Below are positions 25,001-34,200 of a stretch of 49,929 bases of DNA, piece after piece. Source of the DNA: a virus (lineage: Duplodnaviria; Caudoviricetes). Each line of letters opens with the position of its first letter. The stretch's first letter is position 1. A program made the position numbers and the translations under genes. Where the stretch lies: positions 1 through 49,929 of the IMG/VR virus record IMGVR_UViG_3300037424_000509; one strand, written 5' to 3'. The notes beneath the pieces were generated by a model. That model saw only the letters and a list, made by a program, of their open reading frames with translations, searched no databases and was not told the DNA's origin.

Positions 25001-28000
25001 CTCTGCCAGCCAGTTTTCATATACTGCTTTTGGAATACATAGAACTGGCCGCTTTGCCCTCGTGGTCTGAATCTGATTGACTGTTGCCATAGCACCCACA
25101 AGCGTTTTTCCTAGTCCAACATCATAGGCAATCAATCCGTTGCCTTTATTACAGAGGAAGGATGTTCCTCGGAGCTGGTGTGGCTGGACTACCAGTTCTT
25201 TGCCCTTGAAGGTCTTGGATATACCGTTCACAAATATCGGGATATTGGAATAATCGGGATCGACGTTGGAGTTAAATATCCGGTTATGTCGGTCCTCGAA
25301 TGTTTTCTGGTCGTCAGCCGAAAGGCCAGTTTCCAGGAATCGCTTGAACAGTTTCTCAGCTATCTGCCGGCGCATTTCCCGCGTCCGCTCGGCAATGGCC
25401 TGGTTGTTGGCCTTATCACCTTTATTGCTGGCGCGGACCGGTTTTTGTTCGATATAATCAACTACATCACTCCACCCGATGCCGGCGGGGAAATCGTGTC
25501 GCGTGACATTGCCATCAAAATTCATGCCCATCTTGCCGTAATAGGTGTCTGCCTTTTTACCCGTGGCCCACTCATAGAATTTATCAATAAGCATATCAGG
25601 GGTTTCCACGATGCCAAAATTGAAGGTCTTGGCGTATTCCGAGATTGGGGAGACGCTGACATTCTGAATGGTCTTGCGCGCGGGCATCGCCTTTAAGAGT
25701 AATTCTTTCTGGCGGTTATAAAGGCCAATGGGCATGAAATCTTTATCTCTCTCCAGTTGGTCCAGCTTGGCATAGATATCACCGCTCACATAGTTGGATA
25801 CATGATAGGCCTTGCCCGCCATCATGCAGTATTTATCCGATGATGTGAATCCATCCCTAGCCTTCGGAGACAGTTTGGCTATATCGACCGCGCCATCGTA
25901 TCCGGTCGCCTTCCAGATATCAAGGTCAAGCGCGTCGAACTGCTTATTATATTTGGCGGAAAATTCCTGCGCCGACATTTCGCCCTGCAGCTCCGCCGGG
26001 ATCGCGGTGGCACCAGGCTCTATTTGTAGTTTATCGGTTACATTTCGATATTGCCGTTTTTCTTCTGGGGAGAGTTCTTTGCCGGTTTTGATTTTCTTTT
26101 CAAGTTGTTGGACTTCTTTCCGAAATTTTGATTGATCCACGGTATCAGTAATCGACGGCTGCTTGATCGTTCCCCGCTTGAGTAATTCCCGCTCCATTTC
26201 CGAATAATTATTATATTGCTGCTCGGTCATGTCCGGCTTTTTCTGCATGACCTCGTATGACTCTTTAAGCTTTTTAGTGTTGATTCCGGAATATTTAGTC
26301 TTTGCCATAACATCATGTGCGCTGGCAGCGTTCTGATTGCCCTGCATAGCTATGGCTATTTTCTGCTTGCCCTCCTCGGTCATGGTGGGCTGGCCCACGG
26401 AGACCGGGTTGAACTGATTGGTATTCAGCAAGTTAAAAACGTCAGCAAAAGCCATGTTATCCTTGGGCTGGACATATTTCATCGGGCCAAATTTGCCAGT
26501 TTTAGTTACTTGTTCGCCCAGAATACAATCTGGGTGTTGGTTAAAGAAACCGTCACCGAGGAAGTCAGCAACATTTCCTTTTTCCTTGCGGATGACAAGG
26601 ATATCCGTGCCCACGCCGGTCGTGTTAAACGTACCATTCGGGAGCCGCCACGCCTCCAGGAGCCTGCCCTTCTCGGCCAGCTTTTCTTTGATTTTTTTAT
26701 TGCTCTCCTTCCGGAGAAAATCGGATGGGACTACAAAGGTCATAATCCCACCTTCTTTCAGTACATCGAGGCCTCGGTCAATGAAATATTCCTCGTAGCG
26801 TTTATGGCTTTTTCCCTCTCCCTTGCCCTTGTGGATCCCGGAGTATTCACCATACGGTGGGTTGCCGATGACCACATCGTACTTTTTCCCGCTGTATTTC
26901 TCCTGTGGTGCGCCGTTCTTATAAAATATTTCCTGAAAGGCACCCTGTTTGACGTTTTGGCCGGGATTCAGGATCTTGGCGATCCGGGCGGACGTGGGGT
27001 CAATCTCTATCATGTCAAATTTATGGCCGTCGCGGTTCGCAAAACGTCCCGTGCCGCAACTCGGCTCCAGGACCTCCGCGCCCTTGCCGGCGTACTTCTC
27101 GGTCAGATCCCACATCTTATCTACCACGGTTTTTGGTGTATAAAACTCATAGAGGGTACCGTGAGTGGTAGCCTCATCCTCATGCAAACCGCCCGCTCCC
27201 TCATATTGCATGAGCAGGGCTTTCTCGGTATCGGTCATTGCATCGTCTTGTTTGGAGTTTAAAAGGGTGTGTACTTGCTCGCGGATCTCTTTGGCTTGTT
27301 TCGGGGTCAGGCGAACATCTGCTGCAGATCGCTCTCTAAATTCGCCGCCATCGAGTACAAGTTCGCCTCGGTAATCTCCAGGTTTTGCCTCTGGCACATC
27401 TTTAAGAGTTGATCCCGCAGCCGCTCCGGCGAGTACCGTAGCGTCAGTTGCGGAAACTTCTCCGGATCCAGCTTCAGATTTATTTGGTCCATTGGTTTCT
27501 CCTAGTTTATATTGGAATCCCTGATGTTTGAGGTTATTCAGCCATGTCGTCAGGAAACTATTCAAGTCTTTTTTGGCCCGCAGGTTGACTTTTCCTGCCT
27601 CTGGGTAAACCTCGGTAAATACTCCTACACCATCATTCTGAAATGTCAGGGCCTCGACGGATCCAAATTGCGGTCTTACCCTGATTTCCATATCAGGATC
27701 GGCCATAACATCACCATTTTGAATATAATTATGGGCTATAGCAAAGTCAATATATTGGCCATCCTTGTCCGTACCCGCCCGCAGCCGATCGATCGACAGG
27801 GGCATATACGGTGGGTTCTCGATTTTCGCATATTCTTTAACGCCCAGGATCCCCAGGGCCTCCATGCGTTTAAAATTCTTACCATAGACTGTGGTTGCCG
27901 CGGCTTCCTGCTGTTCTTGGTAGGTATCGTCAGGGTTTGGAGCCGGGGTCGTGGCCGGTGTTACAGGCGGGTGGCCTCCGGTTGCTGTAAGATTCGCCCG

Positions 28001-28903
28001 GTGCCAGGCGTTGCTCCATGCGGCCAAAATCTTGTTTCCACCACCACCCAGGGGAAGACCAGCCGTGAGATTGATGACTTTTTGATCCAGTGCTGGTGTA
28101 GCTGTTTTACCGTTTTGATATGCGAGTGTCCCCAGGCGTTCCGCTTCCAGTACCCTATCCGATATGGACATCTGACTAACATCCGGCATCGTATCAAAAT
28201 TGTTTTCTGCCACGGGTGTCAATTCGCCGCTCGCCCGCATATCCTTGTATGATTGAAAACTGATCATGCCCGATCCGTTGCCATCTATGTCTTTATAATG
28301 AACATATTTATCATCAATTCGGGTTATTACAAAGTCGGATTCCACATGCTTACGTTTTAATTTTTTATCCAGCATATCTGACGACTGGTGTATACGGTCC
28401 CCAATTTTCGGGAGTGTGCTACCGGTACCCGGCATCGTCTCAAAATTATCCTCTGATTGATGGTCAGGCTGTGTCTTCTGATAAGTATCATGTATAAAAT
28501 TTAATACCGATAGTTTAAGAATGTGTCCCTCTGGGTGCAGGATCATAGCAGACTTTTCGCTCGGCCTGCCAGTTGCTTTTTTGTTGGTTACTGCTGTTTT
28601 GGATGCGGGCCGGCTTGAAAAATAACCATCCCATTTATTCTTATGGGAAAAATACTCATACACATGGTTCATCCATTCTTTTGGGGTGATGTCGAATTTC
28701 TCTTGAATGTTCTGCTTGGCATATTCCGTCCGAACCATGGTGACGAACTGCTCTTTATTTTTAAATCCAAAAAACTCCAGGATCCGCGTTAGGACTGACT
28801 TCGATTCCACTCCGGCCATTTTAACATATACAGTTGTTCGCTTTCCCTTTTTGTCAATGATGGCTTTCTTTTGCAACTTCGATGTATCTTTTTTGCCTAG
28901 CAT
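22067..28903 (-). CDS. Giant DarB-like protein: N6-adenine methyltransferase plus SNF2/SF2 helicase with accessory domains
   Basis: EFYTP, VLEPSCGTGRF, VIGNPPY (MTase); DVGLGKT, DEVHNFKN, LSATP, QVKGRIWRQGN (helicase); DUF6908/DUF1249-like AHNYIQNGDVMADPDMEI segment. Confidence 0.9.
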   Translation of the reverse strand: MLGKKDTSKLQKKAIIDKKGKRTTVYVKMAGVESKSVLTRILEFFGFKNKEQFVTMVRTEYAKQNIQEKFDITPKEWMNHVYEYFSHKNKWDGYFSSRPASKTAVTNKKATGRPSEKSAMILHPEGHILKLSVLNFIHDTYQKTQPDHQSEDNFETMPGTGSTLPKIGDRIHQSSDMLDKKLKRKHVESDFVITRIDDKYVHYKDIDGNGSGMISFQSYKDMRASGELTPVAENNFDTMPDVSQMSISDRVLEAERLGTLAYQNGKTATPALDQKVINLTAGLPLGGGGNKILAAWSNAWHRANLTATGGHPPVTPATTPAPNPDDTYQEQQEAAATTVYGKNFKRMEALGILGVKEYAKIENPPYMPLSIDRLRAGTDKDGQYIDFAIAHNYIQNGDVMADPDMEIRVRPQFGSVEALTFQNDGVGVFTEVYPEAGKVNLRAKKDLNSFLTTWLNNLKHQGFQYKLGETNGPNKSEAGSGEVSATDATVLAGAAAGSTLKDVPEAKPGDYRGELVLDGGEFRERSAADVRLTPKQAKEIREQVHTLLNSKQDDAMTDTEKALLMQYEGAGGLHEDEATTHGTLYEFYTPKTVVDKMWDLTEKYAGKGAEVLEPSCGTGRFANRDGHKFDMIEIDPTSARIAKILNPGQNVKQGAFQEIFYKNGAPQEKYSGKKYDVVIGNPPYGEYSGIHKGKGEGKSHKRYEEYFIDRGLDVLKEGGIMTFVVPSDFLRKESNKKIKEKLAEKGRLLEAWRLPNGTFNTTGVGTDILVIRKEKGNVADFLGDGFFNQHPDCILGEQVTKTGKFGPMKYVQPKDNMAFADVFNLLNTNQFNPVSVGQPTMTEEGKQKIAIAMQGNQNAASAHDVMAKTKYSGINTKKLKESYEVMQKKPDMTEQQYNNYSEMERELLKRGTIKQPSITDTVDQSKFRKEVQQLEKKIKTGKELSPEEKRQYRNVTDKLQIEPGATAIPAELQGEMSAQEFSAKYNKQFDALDLDIWKATGYDGAVDIAKLSPKARDGFTSSDKYCMMAGKAYHVSNYVSGDIYAKLDQLERDKDFMPIGLYNRQKELLLKAMPARKTIQNVSVSPISEYAKTFNFGIVETPDMLIDKFYEWATGKKADTYYGKMGMNFDGNVTRHDFPAGIGWSDVVDYIEQKPVRASNKGDKANNQAIAERTREMRRQIAEKLFKRFLETGLSADDQKTFEDRHNRIFNSNVDPDYSNIPIFVNGISKTFKGKELVVQPHQLRGTSFLCNKGNGLIAYDVGLGKTLVGAMATVNQIQTTRAKRPVLCIPKAVYENWLAEIRDLFPNIKINELGNLGSQYITNGNPPVIEEGTLSVMTYEALQNMTFHDETLGIVGDKIIVGGIAQDMLDSQQTTKEGMTPREEAQQTEKILEMVGRGSKTKDNMIYFEDLGFDHITIDEVHNFKNVFARAKPTGKEGQAMANEFGDITGSQSDRAMKMFAVTQYIQKNNNDRNVFALSATPFTNSPLEIYNILSLVARKKLKQLGIYNLHEFMAKFAKLKTEWVAATDGTIKKKAVMKEFQNLGELQNLIIEYIDKIDGEEAGIERPRDFNHIVELPMTADQRALMMAEQERFKADKDEEPGAALKAINNMRMSTMSMKMVNFDKYHQGIDISDTKLVEDSPKLKFVADVTANVYKERPEVGQVIYMPRGIEHYGEVVSYLISKGIPRDAIATIHSQMAGGRDKVETIKAEFNDPKGKIKVLIGSETIKEGINLNGNSAILYNTLLGWNPSERTQVKGRIWRQGNLQENVHIVYPQIINSVDSAMYQKHDEKGARFEQVWSYKGDNLNVEDINAEELKFSLIKDPEKRAKFQLDLELEKIDNDKRDIRIGIDMLNKNKEDLGNAAYRISSVKDDIERSDRTLATYQKDYDEVKERYDAIPKVKKGEKDPHATYRQQAERELDNELSYVKRAKDQIRGYNMDIKKINDQIDRINAKLKDMGITAEQIPMEVKKQEQEIEKLVEREKAMKAELPRLIEKAKRDIKANEKEVPTVEKSVQTYTDLLLKTIKYKELKKALTMFFTSNTILKARIQLRNGKLYLVQMPTTTGIPGECAELLKATNRGRLQKKVITNKLGKKQTVWVAPDQPEPGPKEKKGEYQGKDKKLAQDKKPEEVLGILKQKQQEVSAQLDTLQASYSPDDIQANKDGSKDKFTKLALEKMRLENHMQRINNAQIQKDATVKEAKKAGRERVKNAIKNFITTLTETFSGHGGADEAVDTVHTAGEDTARKGEAVKKKQEAKSKEQQAQQEAKKVTNGR

Positions 28904-28936
28904 GTATCAGTATCCTTGAATGATATTATGGCAGTA

Positions 28937-31270
28937 TTATAGCCAGAAGCCGTTTAGGAAGATTTTCTCATTGAATTTCTGCTCCAGGGCCTTAGCCATA
29001 TTGTTGTTAATATGCTTCGCGCGTGCGATAGCAGCAACCAGAGTATTTTTTCCTTGCTTGTGCAATATGTCTTTCGCTGAATCAATAGCACCAGCTTTGG
29101 ATGTAAATGGCGAGGTAAGGGTTAATCCCGTTTTCTGTTCGATTGCCTGAAAACCTACGCCACGTTTGACAATCAATATAGTCTCCCCCCATACCTTAAA
29201 GGCATCACGAATATTTTTGGGGTCAACTTGTTCGGTATCACCAGGTTTTCCTTTTACAATCTTGATTCCCTCTGTGGGTTTTTTTATAGGCTCCCATCCT
29301 TGGCTTTTCAAGGATTGTTCTTTGTCGCTCGTGGCTTTGTCTGATTGACTTTTCTTATCATCTAAGTATTTTTTTATCTCCACGGGACTACGAAAAATTT
29401 TATCCTCAAACCCCTGGCCTTTGATAATGTTGCCATTGATTCGTAAAGTATACCCAAAACTGTGCGTATTCATGCTATCAACTTCGATTTGTTGATCATT
29501 GTACTTAGCGCGTATTTTCCCATCCTCATTATCATAAAAGTTGATACCCGATTCTTTTTTTATATATTCAGCAGCTATATCGGGGTATTTGTGCATATCA
29601 TCGATACTTGGGGTTTTCTTGGTGGCCGCCACCTGATGATATTCATTTTTCAGTTTTTCATCTCCCCTGGACCCATTAAGCCATTTATGTTGTTCTTCGA
29701 GGCTGTCAATGATATCAGGATCGACATGTTTGGTTTTTGCTTCGTCCTTCCGTTGCTTAATTTCATCTTCAATCTCTTTCAATCGCTGATGGCGATATTG
29801 CTCCATGTTTTCGGCTGCGCCTTTTTTCGCCTTCGGTTTCGTCCCAGCTCCTATTTTATCGGATATGGACCGCGTTGCCTCTTTATCTTCGCCTTTGATG
29901 CCTTTCGGTCTTGTTAAATGAATTTCGTTTTTAATGATATCATAGGAGTCATGCTTGATAGGTTTTAATGCTTTGTCAATTTCAGCTTTCATATCCTGCA
30001 GACGGTCTACTTGTGCCGCGGTAAAATCCTTTTTGGAATATCCCCGTCCACCGATCTTAATGGCTCTGTCGTCCCCGTAAACTTCCTCAAGATTGTAACT
30101 ACGTTTACCAGCGACGATCTTTTGAAATTCATCAGATATCGGCTTTAATGTTTTGAGGGCCGATGTCATAGCCTCTTTTTCGGCGGGAGTGATGCCCTCG
30201 CCTTCCCCGCTTACCCACTTATCAATCCCGGCCTTGGTCGTCGCTTGATTTCCCCCCAGATCGATTCCGGTAATAGATTTAAACATTTTCCGGGTGTTTT
30301 TATTCCCGGTGTGTAGATTCTCGGTCAACCACGCCTTATCCTTGGCCCCGATCTGTTTAATAACCTTATCTACATACGTCTTGGCATTGTCGCGGCAGGC
30401 GTTTAAAAAATCCTGCTGCCGGTCGGGTGCCGCATCGATATAATGCGGATCATTTTTAACATCACGCATAAGGCTCTCAGCAAAGTCATCAATCAGTTTG
30501 CGCCGATGGCCGGGATCCATGCCGCCCGTGGACTTTTCCTCTGCTGCCGGCTTTTCGGTGGTCGCATCCTTGCCGCCACCCTTCTTTACAAACGTATAAT
30601 CACCTGTCCGGCCTCGTACTGGCTCCAGGTCAATACCCGTCTGTTTATACTTCTTCACAATCATGTCAGCCGTTGACCCGTTAGAGACATTAAACACCTT
30701 GCCTTTATCGTCCAACAGTGCACCGTCCTTGGAAAACTCACCGGCTTTGGGGGCTTTGTTTTCTCCATACTTCCCGATCAAATACTCCATGACCTTCATA
30801 TTCCACTTAGCCCCGGTGCCCCCCTTACTCTCCCCTTTCTCCCCCTTGACAGATTTGCCCCTGTTTTTGTCCACGTTTTTGTCAGAGGTTTTGTTATCTT
30901 TTTCCCCGGCGGACTGCTTGGCTGCAGCGGCTATCTTGGTACTGACGCCGGAAAACTTGGCGTCCCATGTAGCCTTATTCGTAAAGTATTCGATGAAATG
31001 GTCGGTATCCAGCTCCTTGGGTGCACCCTGGTCCTTTAGGCTCTTGACATGTTCATCTATATCATGTTTGGACCTGAATTTTCCCTTGCCGAAAAACCCA
31101 TTCAGCATATCACAAATTTTACTATAGAATCCATATTCCTTGGCTTTCTCGCCAACCCGTACCCAGACAGCCGTGCGCTTGCCCTTGCGGTCTATAATCT
31201 GCTTTTTCTGGAGCTTACTCGTGTCTTTCTTGCCTTTCGCTTTTAATAGAATGTAATGTAATGTCGCCAT
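28937..31270 (-). CDS. Large Lys-rich multidomain protein, probable virion internal protein
   Basis: N-terminal ~110 aa homologous to the DarB-like N-terminus (KKDTSKLQKK.IID.KGKRT.V.V; EYF..K..WD..FS). Confidence 0.75.
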   Translation of the reverse strand: MATLHYILLKAKGKKDTSKLQKKQIIDRKGKRTAVWVRVGEKAKEYGFYSKICDMLNGFFGKGKFRSKHDIDEHVKSLKDQGAPKELDTDHFIEYFTNKATWDAKFSGVSTKIAAAAKQSAGEKDNKTSDKNVDKNRGKSVKGEKGESKGGTGAKWNMKVMEYLIGKYGENKAPKAGEFSKDGALLDDKGKVFNVSNGSTADMIVKKYKQTGIDLEPVRGRTGDYTFVKKGGGKDATTEKPAAEEKSTGGMDPGHRRKLIDDFAESLMRDVKNDPHYIDAAPDRQQDFLNACRDNAKTYVDKVIKQIGAKDKAWLTENLHTGNKNTRKMFKSITGIDLGGNQATTKAGIDKWVSGEGEGITPAEKEAMTSALKTLKPISDEFQKIVAGKRSYNLEEVYGDDRAIKIGGRGYSKKDFTAAQVDRLQDMKAEIDKALKPIKHDSYDIIKNEIHLTRPKGIKGEDKEATRSISDKIGAGTKPKAKKGAAENMEQYRHQRLKEIEDEIKQRKDEAKTKHVDPDIIDSLEEQHKWLNGSRGDEKLKNEYHQVAATKKTPSIDDMHKYPDIAAEYIKKESGINFYDNEDGKIRAKYNDQQIEVDSMNTHSFGYTLRINGNIIKGQGFEDKIFRSPVEIKKYLDDKKSQSDKATSDKEQSLKSQGWEPIKKPTEGIKIVKGKPGDTEQVDPKNIRDAFKVWGETILIVKRGVGFQAIEQKTGLTLTSPFTSKAGAIDSAKDILHKQGKNTLVAAIARAKHINNNMAKALEQKFNEKIFLNGFWL

Positions 31271-31281
31271 GGTAGGAATCC

Positions 31282-34200
31282 TTAGAGAGTATACTTGGAA
31301 TGTGTCACAGCCTCAACAATGACTAGGGATGTCAGGGCCGGGAGAATGATCTTTTTCGATATCATATTTTTGGCTTTTTGAAACATCTGCTTATAGCGCG
31401 GTGTTGGTTCGGTCGTGTCCCCTTCCTGAAGCCAGGTCGCAAAGTCATCAACCGGCAGCGGTACGACTTCGCCCATGCCCCGCCACCCTTCTGGGTAGTG
31501 CTTAAGATAGGCGTCCTGGGCCTCGTCCTGGGCATTAAACCCGATCATGCATTTATGCTCGTTAAAGTCGCCTGACTCCGGATCTACCTGATGAACCACA
31601 TACACGGTGTCTGCCGTATCCATGGCCGGGCCGATAAACACATCCACATGATCGCCGTCAGCTCCCTCGGACCGATTGACATACCCATAATGATGGTATA
31701 CATCAGTCTCCCATGGTTCTCCGTCCGAACCAATGCCGGAGCGCATGGATCCCGCCGGATTCTCGATGGTGATTTTCAGACCATTCCAGGAGAATGACGC
31801 CTTTTTATAGTTACCAGCCTCTTTCTGTGCCGGGCTGGGGTCAGTGTCCACGTCCTGCAGGAGATCGGCCAGGTCCTCATAGGTGGTGGCTTTTATGATA
31901 GACAGATTATTTTCTTGACTTTCATTGCCCTTCTTTATATCTTTATTCTTAGAAGGGGGAGGCGTTTCGGACGTTAAGGGCTGTGGGGTCATTGCGACAT
32001 CAGCTCGCCCCCTTTTTTTAATATACATTGTTTTAGAAGTAAGAGTTTTATTCCCGGTCCGCACTTCCTCTAAATAATATACCGTGCCATTATACTGTTT
32101 ATTATATATAATAACCTCATTGCCTAATGAAGTTTTTTTGCTTTTACTCATACCATCAGGATTATGAATAATATCAGGGATTTTTTTTAGGTCGTCAATG
32201 GTAACGGCTATTTGACGGCGTCGAGTCTCCCGCTTGGGGTTGCCATGCTCTTGAAGCATGTGTCTTAAACCATAGTTTTCAAGTCGATGTGTATAGCCTT
32301 GGCAATCTAATCCAATCTTTGTGAATTTCTCATTCTCCTTCGCATCTACCGTGCCGATATCATATGTTGTCTTTTGACCCCCTGGTCCGGTGATGGCATC
32401 ATGGATGAAAGTATTCAGATTGTTTCCATGTCCCCTCTCTCCCGCGCCCCCTCCCCTGGTGGACCCGTGGTGCTGCCGTCCTTCCTGGTTGGCATCCGGT
32501 GGTGCCACATATACAGTCTGCTGATATCCCAGCTTATTGGTTATGACTTTCTTCTGCAGCCGGGATCTATCCTTGGCCTTGAGCAGAATCAGAGTGCCAT
32601 CTAGTCGGCGTACTAGGCGGGCCTTGGTCATGTGACCGCCGCGCTCATGTACCTGGGCCACTTCCAGGGCATTGAGTCCACTATCATAGTCCGGATTCTT
32701 GCGATACTTCCCACTTTCCAACATGCTGTTACCATCGCGGGTCACAATATCCCGGAAATATCCCTGCTCAATTCCGGTCTTAATTGCTGTAGCCGTGGCA
32801 TCACCTTCATCCAGACCCACGGCAAACATGTCTATTGCACCGACTTTCACTGAAAATTCATGAGCTTGCTGTAAACCAATTTTTCCGTCCCCCAAGAAGG
32901 TTGCTGCGGGGATATTTATAATACCTCTGACCCTGCCTATACTTGCGCCGATCAGCGTTACAAAAAAATCTTTGAGCAACTGATGTTTTTTAACAATATT
33001 CACCAAGTCTGGTGGGCCAGTAATATGCTCTCCGATAGCAGCATGGGCATGAGATGGCGTGAGATACTCTGCACCCCGCCGCATGGTAGGATCTACTGTC
33101 ATGGATGATTTCCGTCCCTGCTCATCGATTAAGGCATACTGATCATGGTCAATAATTACATGGCCTTTAAAACCAGAAAGGTTTTTCCGATAAAAATTAG
33201 TAACCAAACTGTCGTTGAGAGATGGCTGTGGTTGTCCGCTGGGATGGTTATGCATGATATAATATTGCATGGCACCGGACGCCTGCATTTTCATCTTCAT
33301 GTCAATAATGGAGGCGACTTGATCCTTGGGATGAATAAAGGCCGCCGCCGTACCCGGCAGCCGGCACGATACACCGGTTTCTAGCACTACCTTATTTTTG
33401 TTATTCAGCATAAAAATACGCATGGTTTCAAATTGGGGGTTACGATAAACTTGCGCCAGGTGCGCCAAATCCGCAGGATCTTTGATTTTTTGGCCCAGGA
33501 GAGATATTTTATTACTCTCAGTCCATTCCTTTTCATAATTCAGATTGATCCCAGATGCAATAAGCTCTCCCTTGAGCTTGGCCGCTTCCGGTAATAAGGG
33601 TGAGCTATCTAATTCACCTGGGTGCGCCTCGAAGATATGCTGCGAGCTCGGTTCCTGGGGTAAGACATGATGGCGGTCGCGCTGTTTCTTGATGATCCCT
33701 GGTTTCTGTAAATCCTCGGGTCGTACCCAGACCGATTGGCGGCGGCCTATCTTATTGGTTATAACCTTCTTAATCAGGTGACCCGTGTTTTTGGCTTTTT
33801 GAAGTATGGCTTTGAACATACCGACGTGCGGAACATATTCTTTTTCCTGCTGGATATTCTCGGGTGTAATTTCAGATAGCGGCCCACGGCCCTGTGTCAA
33901 GGTTTTCGACAGTGTTCCGGGAATAGACTTTATGTTGTTCGCCCGGTACCGGATGATTGCTTTGGTCATTGCGGGATGAACCACCCCGGCCTTGAGTACA
34001 ATCTCCTGCCCAGCCAAGGGACCGTCCTCGATATCGATCCATTCAATATCCTTATGTTTTTCCCTTACCGTATGTTTAACGGTCCGATCGAACCGGATGT
34101 CACCGGGAACATGGCCCATGGGCGAGCTCGCCTTGAGGATCCGCCCGGTACCGGCGATGCGATAGGTTTTACACAGGCATCGCTCGACGCACTCTTGGAG

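Noticed and set aside
28903-28937. Stop-codon readthrough fusing the 777-aa and 2278-aa ORFs (same frame)
   Set aside because: Two different stops (TAA and TGA) intervene and the downstream ORF has its own AAGGA RBS; core genes show no sign of a recoded genetic code
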